Below, one piece after another: positions 36,240-47,242 of a stretch of 64,000 nucleotides of DNA (the stretch's first letter is position 1; the number at the start of each line of letters is the position of its first letter). The notes beneath the pieces were generated by a model. The model worked only from the letters and a program-made list of their open reading frames with translations, searched no databases and had not been told where the DNA came from. This stretch comes from Vitrella brassicaformis CCMP3155 (lineage: Eukaryota > Protista > Chromerida), in assembly GCA_001179505.1 (NCBI GenBank), contig CDMY01000850.1, positions 1 through 64,000 of the forward strand. The letters are read 5' to 3'. A program made the translations under genes and the position numbers.

Positions 36240-38974
36240 TGAATGGAAGCAGCTGGTCTAACTTGACCCCTCCGCTGTCTCGCCTTCGTCCGTCATCCGC
36301 TGCTGCTGCTGCTGCTGCTGCTACTGGCGGGCTATCGTCCCACTCGTTCCCCAACTCGCCATCCACATCTGCACACACACACACACACACACACAGAAAA
36401 GGCACACACACATCCGGCTGGACACAAGACACACCCCGCTCACCCGCCCCCCTCTTGCCTGTGTTGGTGAACTCCACCATTGGCTCGCCATCGTCGTCGT
36501 CATCATGCTGCACACTGGGGCGCGGTGGGGCGGCGGCAGCTTCTGAGTGGGCCGATCGCTTGGCGTCAGCCTCGAAGAACGCCCTGCATCAATGGGGAGA
36601 GAGAGCGAAATGGACAAGAGCGGTGTGATGAATATGTGGCTTGGTAACACACTTGAGTTTCCGTCTCTCCTTGGCCTCCTCGTCCGCCTGGATCTTCTTG
36701 ACCTCACGCAGCAACTTACTGCATCAAACAATACAAGCAGAGAGACAGACCATGAAATCGCGTTCGCCTTGGCTCCCTTCGTGCCCTCAATGTCTGCCTT
36801 CCCTGAGGCACCCACCTGAGTTCTGTGTCGTTGGGTGCGATGTCTAGTGCCATGATGACGTCCCTCTTGGCCTCACCGAAGCCCTTGCACTCCAGATGGG
36901 CACGCGCACGGCGGTAGAGGGCCTTGACCAGGTGGGGGTCCACGGCCAGCACCTCCGTGCACCGGCGGATCGTCATGGCGTAGTCCTTCAACTCCAAATA
37001 ACACGCCGCTGCAAGAAATCGACACAACAGACACACACATGGTGTGGCGTATTGGGCGTTCGTGTGCCTGCTACGGGGATACCTCATTGAGTTTGCACTT
37101 GGTAGCCAGGCGGTTCCTCTCCTCCTCTATGGCGGGGCTGGGCGCCATAAAGGCGAGGAGGCGGGCTGCCTTCGTGTACTGTTGCAGGGCGTCCAGACAC
37201 TCCCGCGACTTGAAGGATATGTTGCCCTGGTGCTTGCATGCCTCAGCCCTGTTGCCATCACACCAACACACAATAGATGGGTGTGAGTGTTTGCTCTCTG
37301 GTCCTAGTCACCCACTCGTCAAGTCGCTGTTTGGCCTCGTCTGTGGTGCCGATGGCCGGCGCTCCCTCGCCCTCTCCGTCGATCTCGTTCAACTCGTCCT
37401 GCTCCGAGTCGCCATCAATGTCTGCACACACACACACACACACACATACATATGAGTAAGACACCTAGCAAGGCGGGCTGGACACACCACACAGACCACT
37501 TACCCTCACCACTATCGCCATCGTCCTCCTCCGAGTCACCATCCATATCTGTACACACAAAACACACACCGATTCATCCGACCGACACACTGAGGTGGAG
37601 GCGGCTGGCTGCACACGCACCCTCATCAGCGACTTTCTCTTGCTGGTTGACCACCATGTCTGCGATGGTGCTGCCCAGCGGGCCGCCCACCAGAGAGGCG
37701 GTGGCGGGCCGGCGGTCCTTGAAGGCAGCCGATGCATCACCTACTGGCGGCTCGTTGGTGACGACAGAAACAGTCACTGCATTCAGCAGAACAACACGTC
37801 AAAGGATGGCTCACTCAGCATATAATCTGCTATCTTGTTCCCTCACCTATGTTCGTCTTGTTCTGCGTGTTGTTGGGGAAGATACACAGATCGATCCATG
37901 CGACGAATGGTCTGTCGAACGGCGTCAGCAGCAGAGTCCGATACTCGAGAGGGGGATGGCTACTGTCCACCCTGCTCGCCACGACGGCGGTGCATCCGTT
38001 AGGGGGCTGGTGGGGCGAGTGGTTGAGGAGGCCGTCCAGCACACCGTCGTGAGCATGACTGAGGAGACCAACACATAACAGAGGAAGAGGCCCTGATGGA
38101 TGGATCGATGTGTGTCTGTCTGAGTGTGGTGTTTCCTGCGTACCGGTCCACGTAAACCCATGGAGTGACGCCCCAATTCGCCACTGGAGGGGGCAGGATC
38201 ACCCTCATGACGAAGGCCGACGCCGAGGCATCAGTGATCACCTCAGCACCGGCCGTCCAGCTGCCCCCCTGCTCGCGGATTCGGCATGTGACGGGCGGGT
38301 TGCCGTTGATGGTGTGTGTGTGGTACGGGTGGGCGGGGGGGAGGGGGGGGTTGATGTCCAGCTCGAAGCCCGGCTCGTCCTTGATGGCACGCACACCGCC
38401 GCCCGGCTGGTCGAACAGCTCAAAACGGCCGTAGTGGCCGCCGAAGTTGACGTGTCTGCCGACCATCTTCCACAACGCAATCACACCCGCATCGGCCAAA
38501 TACGCCTACACAGACAGACAGACAGACAGACAGCTGAGTGCCACCTACCCCGCCCCACGCTCATCTGCCCACCTGTTTGCTATCGTGACGCTGCATGTCG
38601 GCCACAGCCAGTGTGATCGGCAGCTGACAGAGGCCCCTCTGCCCCGCGAAGCGCAGCGCATTGGCCACCTCGGTCCACTGCTGCGTGTCCATCAGCCAAA
38701 TGGCCTTCAACACGAGCTTGGTCTCCAGCTGCGAATCGAATGCGATGATGCCGTGGAGCTGTTTGGCCGCCAGGCAGCGCCCCAGCCGATTGCGGAGGAC
38801 GGCAGCCGAGAAGTCTATCTGCGATAGGAAGGCGGCCGTGCATCTGAGTATGCCGATATCCTCGAGTGTGTGGATGGCATCCCGCCCCAGGCTGTGGATG
38901 AAATCGATGGCCTCGTTCTCCCTGGCCGGCGGCAGGGCCTGTCGGCTGCTGGGCACCGTCACGTCATTGCCCAT
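36240..38974 (-). CDS. Chimeric gene: lineage-specific multicopy-family N-terminus, acidic mini-exons, TPR tail paralogous to the WD40-TPR gene
   Basis: MGNDVTVP...IDFSAAVLRNRL...KAIWLMDTQQWTEVANAL, then VRAIKDEPGFELDINPPLP. Phase-1 introns keep the frame through DMDGDSEEDD/DIDGDSEQD exons into APAIGTTDEAKQRLDE and CKHQGNISF...KALYRRARAH. The 3' end is approximate. Confidence 0.7.
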
Positions 38975-39047
38975 AGGCTAATCCACCCTCTGCGAAGCGC
39001 GTAAATTCGCATCCGCATTTACACAAAACGGCCCCTAGTTTTTCGTG

Positions 39048-40205
39048 ATGCGCCAGCTGTCGCTCTTTCTTCCCATCCGTCAGGCAAGAGCATTCACGTC
39101 AAGACGTGCCGAGCACTTCCTTCCCGTTCCACCATTCGATGGCATCTGCAAGAGGGGCGCCCAGGTTTCCACACACGGTCGCGTCAAGCACCATAATGGT
39201 CCTCTGACGTCAGGATGGACCAACGGCAGCGGATATCTATGCACCAAGATCAACGCCAAAAGTTACCTCGTGCATCGGCTCGTTGCGGAAACCTTCCTTG
39301 CCCAGCAGAAGGAAGATCTGCAGCGTCGCACGGAGTCCGCACACGCACTGCAGGTGGATCACATCGACGGCAACAAAAAGAACAACGCCGTCGACAACTT
39401 GCAGTGGTGATCGCAAGACAGATGCATCGGATTTCACGTGGATTGTTGTTGCTGTTCGTTGCTGTTGGCTGCCTGTAGGCTCGATACGAAGCAGCATCGC
39501 GAGAAGACTGCCAGGGAGATAGCTCGTCCCAAGCCCCTCTTTGCCTCGTCAAGGCCTGTCGTCGCTAGGTGTCGCCACACAGGGAGGATCACATCCTTCC
39601 AGCAGGCGGCCATCGCCGCGCGACACTTCCAAGTCCACAGCCTTACCATGTTCAAGACCTTGATTGGCCGCTACCGCCCTTCCTTCCTCAGAGACTACAC
39701 ATTGACGTATGCGGCCCATCGCAATCGGGACGGCGAGCGCTTCAGGACCATCAGCTTTGTCAAAGAGGCATACCACAGCCTCCCACCCTCTCAGAGGCCG
39801 TCGCGCCTCCCCAAAGTCTCCAATCAAGGCAAGTCGACATCAAGACCATCCAGACAGGCAGACAGGCAGGCTTGGTTGTGACGTGCAGGCCGCGTTCGTC
39901 ATGTGAATGGGCACGTGACGGAGGGCACGTACCTGTCCACAGGCTATCGTCGTGTCACGTTGAGGGGGCGCAATTTCCTCGTGCATCGGCTGGTGGCAGA
40001 AGTGTGGCTTGCAGACGAGAAGGCCAAATGGCTGGAGAAGGGGTGCACAGAGGATGAGCTAGAAGTGGACCACATTGACGGGCGGAGGGATAACAATTGC
40101 AGTCAGAACCTAAGATGGCTGCCAAAAAAGCAGCACCAAAGCATGACGGCGAGACGCACATGGGAGAGGAGGAAAGGGGGTAGATCGACGGGGCAGGGGA
40201 TGTAG
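39048..40205 (+). CDS. Spliced tandem NUMOD4-HNH / NUMOD1-like / NUMOD4-HNH homing-endonuclease-type protein (341 aa) with mitochondrial-type leader
   Basis: Exons 39048-39406, 39479-39828 and 39889-40205 total 1026 nt in one frame. Motifs VSTHGRVK...YLVHRLVAETF...VDHIDGNKKNNAVDNLQW|LDTKQH and VSNQG|RVR...FLVHRLVAEVW...VDHIDGRRDNNCSQNLRWLPKKQH. Leader MRQLSLFLPIRQARAFTSRR. Confidence 0.88.
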
Positions 40206-40211
40206 GATCCG

Positions 40212-40866
40212 TTTTGCTATCTGTCTCCATCGCGGACTTATTTGTGATCGATCTGCATGTCGAAGAAAAAACGTGTGTCTATCAAAAGGGCAGTTGGTAA
40301 GCGTTCACATATCACTTCAGTTGAAATGCATCGCGCGTCTGTCCATCAACACGTCTGTGTCTGTGTCTGTGTCTGTCGGTGTCTCTTCCAACATGACTCA
40401 GCCGAGAGCCGCTCGTCGCTGACTCAGACACATAGACAGAGACACACAGACAGCGAATGGGTAGCAGGTTGTGTGTGTGGTCACCGTGTCCACGAACTCA
40501 CCCTTTGCAGGTCTGCCAGTTGTGTCTGCAGCCGTGTGATGTCGTCGTCGATAGCCGAGAGACTCGACGCGCCGCCCAAACGAGACAGAGCACCACCACT
40601 GCACACAAATGTATGGAGATAGACATACACACACAGCCGTCCCTCCTCCCCTCTCAGCTGTCCTTGTGACTTACCCGACGCACGGCGCCCGGGCCAGACG
40701 GGCTGCTGCTGTCGGGGAGGCATGCAGGCGTCTGTCTCTCTCGTCGAAGAGCCTCTTGAGGTTCCGGCCGACGACCAAAATCATCGCGTCCAGGACTCTT
40801 TCCTCGTCTCTCATCAGATCGCTGGTGCTCTCGCTGGTCGCTGGCGTGCTGCCTCTGATGAGAGAC

Positions 40867-40897
<31 letters not shown>

Positions 40898-41620
40898 TGG
40901 GGGGGTGTCCCTCCCTCCTCTGTGTGTGTGTGTGTGTGCTGCCGACGGATGCAACATCTCCTCTGAACACACACACGAAGACACGCACACATATGCATCG
41001 GCACGAGTGTGTGTCTCCTTTGCGTGTCTCTCTGCCTGTCTGACCTTCCTGCTGCAGTTTGATGAGGTCTCGTTCGTATTCGCAGTCTCGCTTCTTGAGG
41101 GCTGCCAGCCGCTCCTCTGCTGAGGGACCCTCGGGCTCTGATGCATGAGTGGATCGGGGAGGGAGGTTGTGTCTCTCATCTGTCTGTCTGTCTGTCTGTG
41201 TATGGCTGGCTGTGTGTGAGTGGACGGACCGACGACGATGACAGCGGGCGGGGCTCTCTTGTCTGCTTCGAGTGTGGATTTGACGTCAGGCAGGGGCGTC
41301 TTCAGTGCTCGCTCCTCGGGCAGCGTCGCGCCCTGGGCCTTCAAACCCGCTATCTCCTGATCGAGCCGCACACTTTCCTTGTGCAGGTCGTCGATGAGCG
41401 AGTCGAGAGACGTCAGTGGACCAGCCTCCTCTGACACACACACACAGGGACACACACACAGATGCAGCCACAGATGCACGGGAGACAGCTAGGGGTGTGT
41501 TGTTTCTGTTTGTGTGTGACTGACCTTCAGGTGCGACTTCCTCTTCGGGTGCAATGCCCACTGGCGGTGCAGCGGCTCCACCGCCACCAAACACAGACGA
41601 CAGGCCGAGGCCAGGAAGTC
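40212..41620 (-). pseudogene. 5'-truncated inverted copy (copy B) of the secreted coiled-coil gene
   Basis: Homology to 34003-35710 starts at LPGLGLSS; the signal peptide and ATG are missing and no nearby in-frame ATG was seen. Confidence 0.8.
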
Positions 41621-42003
41621 GTGTCGCTGTTCGTATTCGCCAACGTGCTGCAGCTACTTCCCAACATGAGCAAAGCGGCAAACCGACACACGGTGCACAT
41701 GTCTTTGTTCATCCATTCGCACGTGTGCAGGTTTCCCCCCTGCACATCGTCCATAAGATACCGCACGACTATCCCACTTAAAATTAGCAAGCTTGGGTGT
41801 CCAGGCACATTCGGATCGAGCTCAAGATGAACGACGAGTTGTGGTGCTGGAGTCGCGTCAAAACGCACGACCTCGCCATTCCTCCATCCGATACTTGACG
41901 AAACCAACAATTGGCCGGACGCCGGCAGTGGATGAGGCGGATGACACATGACAGCGTGTGTGAGCTTTAATAGTCATGACGGTCATAGCATCAATCGTCA
42001 CGA

Positions 42004-42090
42004 TTCTTTCGACGCTCATAGCATTTTTCCCGTGTGTGAGCGAAGTTGCACTGCGCTCACACGAGAGGAATGCTATGAGCGTCGAAAGAA
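42004..42090. repeat. 87-nt hairpin with perfect 22-bp outer stem
   Basis: TTCTTTCGACGCTCATAGCATT (42004-42025) is the reverse complement of AATGCTATGAGCGTCGAAAGAA (42069-42090); inner 9-bp stem GTGTGAGCG/CGCTCACAC with an 11-nt loop. Confidence 0.95.
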
Positions 42091-42422
42091 CGCATGAGTA
42101 CGCCATCGATCCCTTCATCTGTGTGTGTATGTCTCTGTCGGCGTCCATCCGACACCGTACATCCCAACGCACCAAAGCGCCACATCCCTTTGGATGCTTG
42201 GCTATAACTGACCAGCGCCAGGCAGGCCGGGCCAGGCAAACAAACAATCAATCAATCAGGAGGGAGGGAGGGAGGGAGGGCAAGACAAGGTAAGGTAAGG
42301 TACATCGACAAGCCAACCGACCGACCGACCAAGCTCGACCAACAGCAGCTTCCATTCAGCTCACGGCGGAAAAAAGGTCTCTGCTACGGCTACGAGAGTC
42401 AGTCAGTCAGTCAGTCAGTGAG

Positions 42423-45400
42423 TCAGTTTTGCTGAAGCTTCTGGCAGCAGTAGGCAAGAATGTCCTCCTCGTTGTCGCCAAACAACCGGTACGCCTGCAC
42501 GACACACATGGACGGCCGGTGCATCCACCATTCATACACCATTCATCCACCCACCGACCCACCCACCTGCATGCAGTGCTCGAGAGGGAATCCCAGCGAC
42601 ATGACCGCCAACACCGAGTCCGCATACTCGCCACCCTCCCCTCCACCACCGGCACCGGCACCCTGACCGCTCGGCTGCATGACGGCGTCCCCCTGGCCCC
42701 CGAGGTTGGGCGTCGTCGCCGCCACGGCAGTGGCCAACGCCGTCGCGATGGCGGCCGCCTCGCCCTCCACGTCAAAGGGAGCCGGGCCACCACCTAAGTT
42801 GGAGGGGAAGACGAACACGTTGCTTGTGGACTGTGGCTGCTGTGTGGGTGGTGGAGGGGGCCGAGTGTCGACATCCATATGTGACGGGCCGGCACTGGAA
42901 GCAGCTGCCGCAGCAGCAGCTGCTGCTGGGACTGGTGCTGGTGCTGGGACTGGTGGTGGTGGCTGTGGCTGTGGTTGTGGCTGCATGGCGGCAGCGCTGG
43001 AAGACGATGATGCGACAGCTGGCTGGCCGAGGCTCTCGCGGAGGGCGGCCTCCAACAGGGCCCGCTCATCCTGACATGCAAGCAGACAGGTAGACAGAGG
43101 TGAGGTGACGCCAGGTGCTTGTCGGTCTGTCGTGTGCGCGGGCGTACCTCTTCCAGGGAGGATTGGTTGAGCACCGTCTCGAAGATCTCATTGTCCATCT
43201 GCACGCACACAGATGCACATGAGATGGAAACATGACTTCTGCCTCGGTGAGATGCGGTTGTAGGTGACACACCTGTTGTATTTCGTTGCCCTCTTTGCGA
43301 TGGTACTCCTCGCGGGACGCACGCAGCGCCCTCTCCATCTCAGCCTCACCTGTCCTCGCGACACACAAACACACAGAAAAACACACACATCAATACATTC
43401 ATGTGCCCCTGTCTGACAGTCTGAGGGTGTCGTCATCTTTGTTGCTCACGTACTTCTGTGCTCGAATTCGCGTCTTGATCTCTGAATGACCTCGTCCAGC
43501 TGCGTGTCGTCCCCCTGCACCGGGGCGTGCAGGTCACGCTGACACACACAGACAGACAAACAGACCGGTGAAAAGTTCGACTGCAACTCCCCTTTGGTTT
43601 CTCACCTGTCTGCGTCTGTTTCGCGAGCGGCTGATGGCACGGTTCTCCAAACACTGAAACAACCAACCAACGAAACAACCGACCAACCATGGGACGAGAT
43701 GCCATCAACGCACTAGTCGGTGTGTCTTACGCCTGGTGCAGCCGTGGTGAGGGGGCGCTGGCCGTGACGCAACACAATCTGATGCAGGCACACATACGGG
43801 GTGACGGCAGAGGCGCGTCGGCCCGTGAGTGCGTTGGATAGATGGGTGGTTTGTGGTAAGGTTGGTTGACTGACCGAGTTGTAGTGAGAGCCGCCGCGGT
43901 ATGAGAGCCGCATCGGGTGGGGATTGCAGGCGTTGCACGTCTCGTGGAACGTGCGAAGCGCCTCTGAATGAAAGGACAGCGGGAGGGGGCAGGCACATAG
44001 ATGCACGTGTATGTAGCTTGTCCAGGTGTCAATCAAGGTGGCTACCGTACCGTTGCTGTATCCGTATATTTCTATTCTGCAGTCGTACATCTCCGACATG
44101 GCCTCGATCTCCACGTCATCGCCCCACTCTACACCACAGTCACCAAACCCTCACACGCGACCATGACGACATACAAATGCCTTCCCCCGCTCTCGCTCCC
44201 TGGCTGACCTCCGTCTTGCTTCATGCGGTGGACGTGCTCTTCGAAACGGTCCGTCACAAACTGCTGGAAATACTCACGCTCGGCCTCCTGCACACATAGC
44301 ATACAGACAGACATTTGGCTGAGTCGCTCTCTCGGAGTGGAGTATCTGTGTGTTGTGTTGTGTTGTGGACCGGACCGACTGACCATGTATTCCATGCACT
44401 TGGTGCGGACAAGCCTGTGCAGGTCGGGGTTGCCGTACATCTGATCTGCCACCGAACGAAACAGACAATTGCCGTCACTCGCTGAACCACACACACACAC
44501 ACGTGTGTCGACGGGAGAGGGCATGAAGGCGAGTTTGTTGACGGATGGACTTTGTTCCGCCTGAGTTGTTTACCCATGACACGGATGGCGAAGCGCTCAT
44601 CGATCCTCGGCTGCCCGTCCCACTGCTGCTGCAGCTGCTGCTGCGACGCCCCGCTAGCATTGGCACTGCTGCCCTGCCCCCTCCCAGCCCCAACACCACC
44701 AACGCCTGACGCACCACTGTCGCGATCGTCACCCAGACTCTGACAAATCCACACACAGTGGGAGAGAGAGAGACATGCGTCCACTCTGCATTGGATCTTT
44801 CCCTCTCACACCCTCACCTGTTGTCTGGAGCCGCCCCCACCCCCGGCACCAGCACTGTTGCCCCTCCCAGCCCCACCCCCGCCGCCGCCCCCACCGCCCT
44901 GACGCAGCGCACACGAGCTCGGACTCGGCACAGCGGCGTTCTGGTTGCTCGCCGTCGAGTTGGTGCGCGAGCTCACACCCCTGCCACCAGCACCCACCCC
45001 ACGCAGCACCGTCCGCGGGCCGGCAGTAGAGCCGCCACGACGGGCTGTGGGGTTGGTCGAGGGATTGGCCGCCGATGCTGCTGCTGCTGCTGCTGCTAGT
45101 GATGACGTGGACACGGGAGGCTGGTTGACTGGCGGTGGCATGTCGTCGCTGGCGCGCTGGTCCTCGTGGGTGTGTGTGGTGGACGGGCCTGGGTTGGCGT
45201 CTGGCGGGGAGATGGGCCGGCTCAGATCACCAGAGAAGAGTGAGAGGGAGCCCTCCGTGCCACCACCCACTGCCGGCACAGACACATCAGCAGCCATGGC
45301 GTCCCCAGACGGACCGGCCTGCAGGCCCGCTGCAGCTGCAGCTGTGGCCGCGGCAGCTCCATCTGCAGTAGTGGTGGTGGGTGGGGGTGAGGACGGCTGT

Positions 45401-46725
45401 GACTGTGACGGGTTGAGCTGTGATGATCGAGCAAATGCTATGGCGTGGCCGGGCGCCCCAGGCCCCTGTGTGGGCGACCGACTGCCACTGGCGGGCGGGA
45501 CGGGACGCACTGGCACCATTGGGGCAGCAGAGGGGCCAACGACAGGTGGAGCCACGTCGCCACCTGCAGACGAGAAAACCACATATCTTGGTTGAGACGT
45601 GTTGTTGTCAGCTGCGTGTAAGCCTACCCGCGGCCGCCTGCATGGCCTGCTGTGCATTTCTGGGTGTGGCGGTGACGCTGTGGCCTGGCGACGACAGCGC
45701 GGGGCTGGGGGTGCCGCTGGGCGATCCCCCTCCCCCGCCCCCTCCCTGCCCCCCTGCCGCACCCTCATCCGTTGTCCCCTCTTTACAGTTGGCCGCCGCT
45801 GATCGTCTGGAGGCAGGCCGCTTGGCCTGCAGCCACTACAGGCGAGGCAACACCACCACAGCCACGCCGACGTCAGTCAAACACACTGGTGGTACGCGTC
45901 TCGTGTGTGGGTGTGGGTGTGGTGTGGGTTACCGGTGGCTGTCCGGGGTTCTGTCCGTGGCACTGGTAGGGCGGTCTGGACGGCTGGGAGACGCCGGTGT
46001 GTGTGCCGACGGCGGTGAGCCTGTCTGAGTTGGTGGCCACCCAGTCGCTCACTTTGCTGCCCCCCACGCTCTTGTACTTGACCTTGTATGACTCCTCATC
46101 GCGGCCGTCGCGGCCGACCTCGACGATGCGCGCCTCCACCCACTGGCCATGGTGGACGTCACGATAGTCGACACGGTGGCCCACGCGAGCCCTCATGCCG
46201 GGAGCCCCTACATCGCATCAGGAAGGACAACCAACGAGACTCACTCATGTCATGCCATGCGTGTGTCGGTAAGGCAAGGCCCTTAGGGCATTGTGTGTGT
46301 CTTTTGTTTCTCGTGCGTCGGTGGGTACATGGCTTGAGAAGTCTGTCTGAGTTGACGGGTATCCAAATCTCGTTTTGGATGGGCAGCTTGTCCCGGTCGT
46401 GTCGGCGGTTGGCCCCGCCGCTGCCGGCCACGTAGGCCAGCTTGACTGCAGTGTTGTCCTCAGACACCTCCACAACGTGACCCACACGCCAGTCACTCTG
46501 CTCATCCTGATTGAACAGGGAGGGACGACGCCAGGACGACGAGACGACACAACACACACAAGTCGGTGTGGTCTCGAAGCGACAAATCGCCTTGCCTTCC
46601 CCTCGCTGCTGTCGCCCTCTCTGTGTGCTGTGGGTGCTGTGTCGTGTGTGTGTCATGCCCTTCCGCACCTGAAAGTCGAGGACCTCCCCCTCTTTGAAGT
46701 TCTTATCGCCTCCCTCACTCCGCAT
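42423..46725 (-). CDS. OTUD5-like OTU deubiquitinase with two N-terminal Tudor/Agenet-like barrels, UIMs and C-terminal UBA
   Basis: DGNCLFRSVADQMYG (Cys box), WGDDVEIEAMSEMY, RLSYRGGSHYNSV (His box). UIM-like EAEMERALRASREEY and EAALRESL; UBA-like SVLAVMSLGFPLEHCMQAYRLFGDN. Confidence 0.9.
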
Positions 46726-47242
46726 GTTAACGCGCCAAGGACTCACTAACGCAGGCCGACGGGCATCCACAAAACCCTCTCACGCTAACCAGCCGGTCTT
46801 TGACAGAGGGCGTGGGAGGGAGGGAGGGACCAGACGCGATGACCAGCGGAGGAAAAAGAGCCGCCGAGGACGAAACGGGGCAGAAAAAGGCTGTTGCAGT
46901 GAGAGAGTGACGCGCCTGCGAGGCTCTCTGTTTGGTCCTTCCGATGCCAAGCTCGCAAAATCAGAACCCTCCCGCTCTGAAATGATCCCCCCTTGAAGCC
47001 TCGTTTGTCAAGAAGGTATCGCCCCATCGCTGCTTGACCCCACGCGACCCGACCAGCGGTTCTTCTGACTGACCATCGCGGCGACCATAACTCAGGATGC
47101 CGCACTTGGAGCACTTGCCAAACGCCTGACCAGCACATACAAACACAATCCGCGCGGTACTGCGGTGCCGTCGCTTCTTGCCTTGCTGCATCTGGCACAT
47201 CGCAGCTGAGAGGGACAGGGGCTCAGCGACGCAACACCACCA

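Noticed and set aside
41700-41960. Non-microsatellite stretch with a short frame ELKMNDELWCWSRVKTHDLAIPP, possibly a transposon relic
   Set aside because: No recognisable RT, RNase H or transposase motif, and interrupted by stops.
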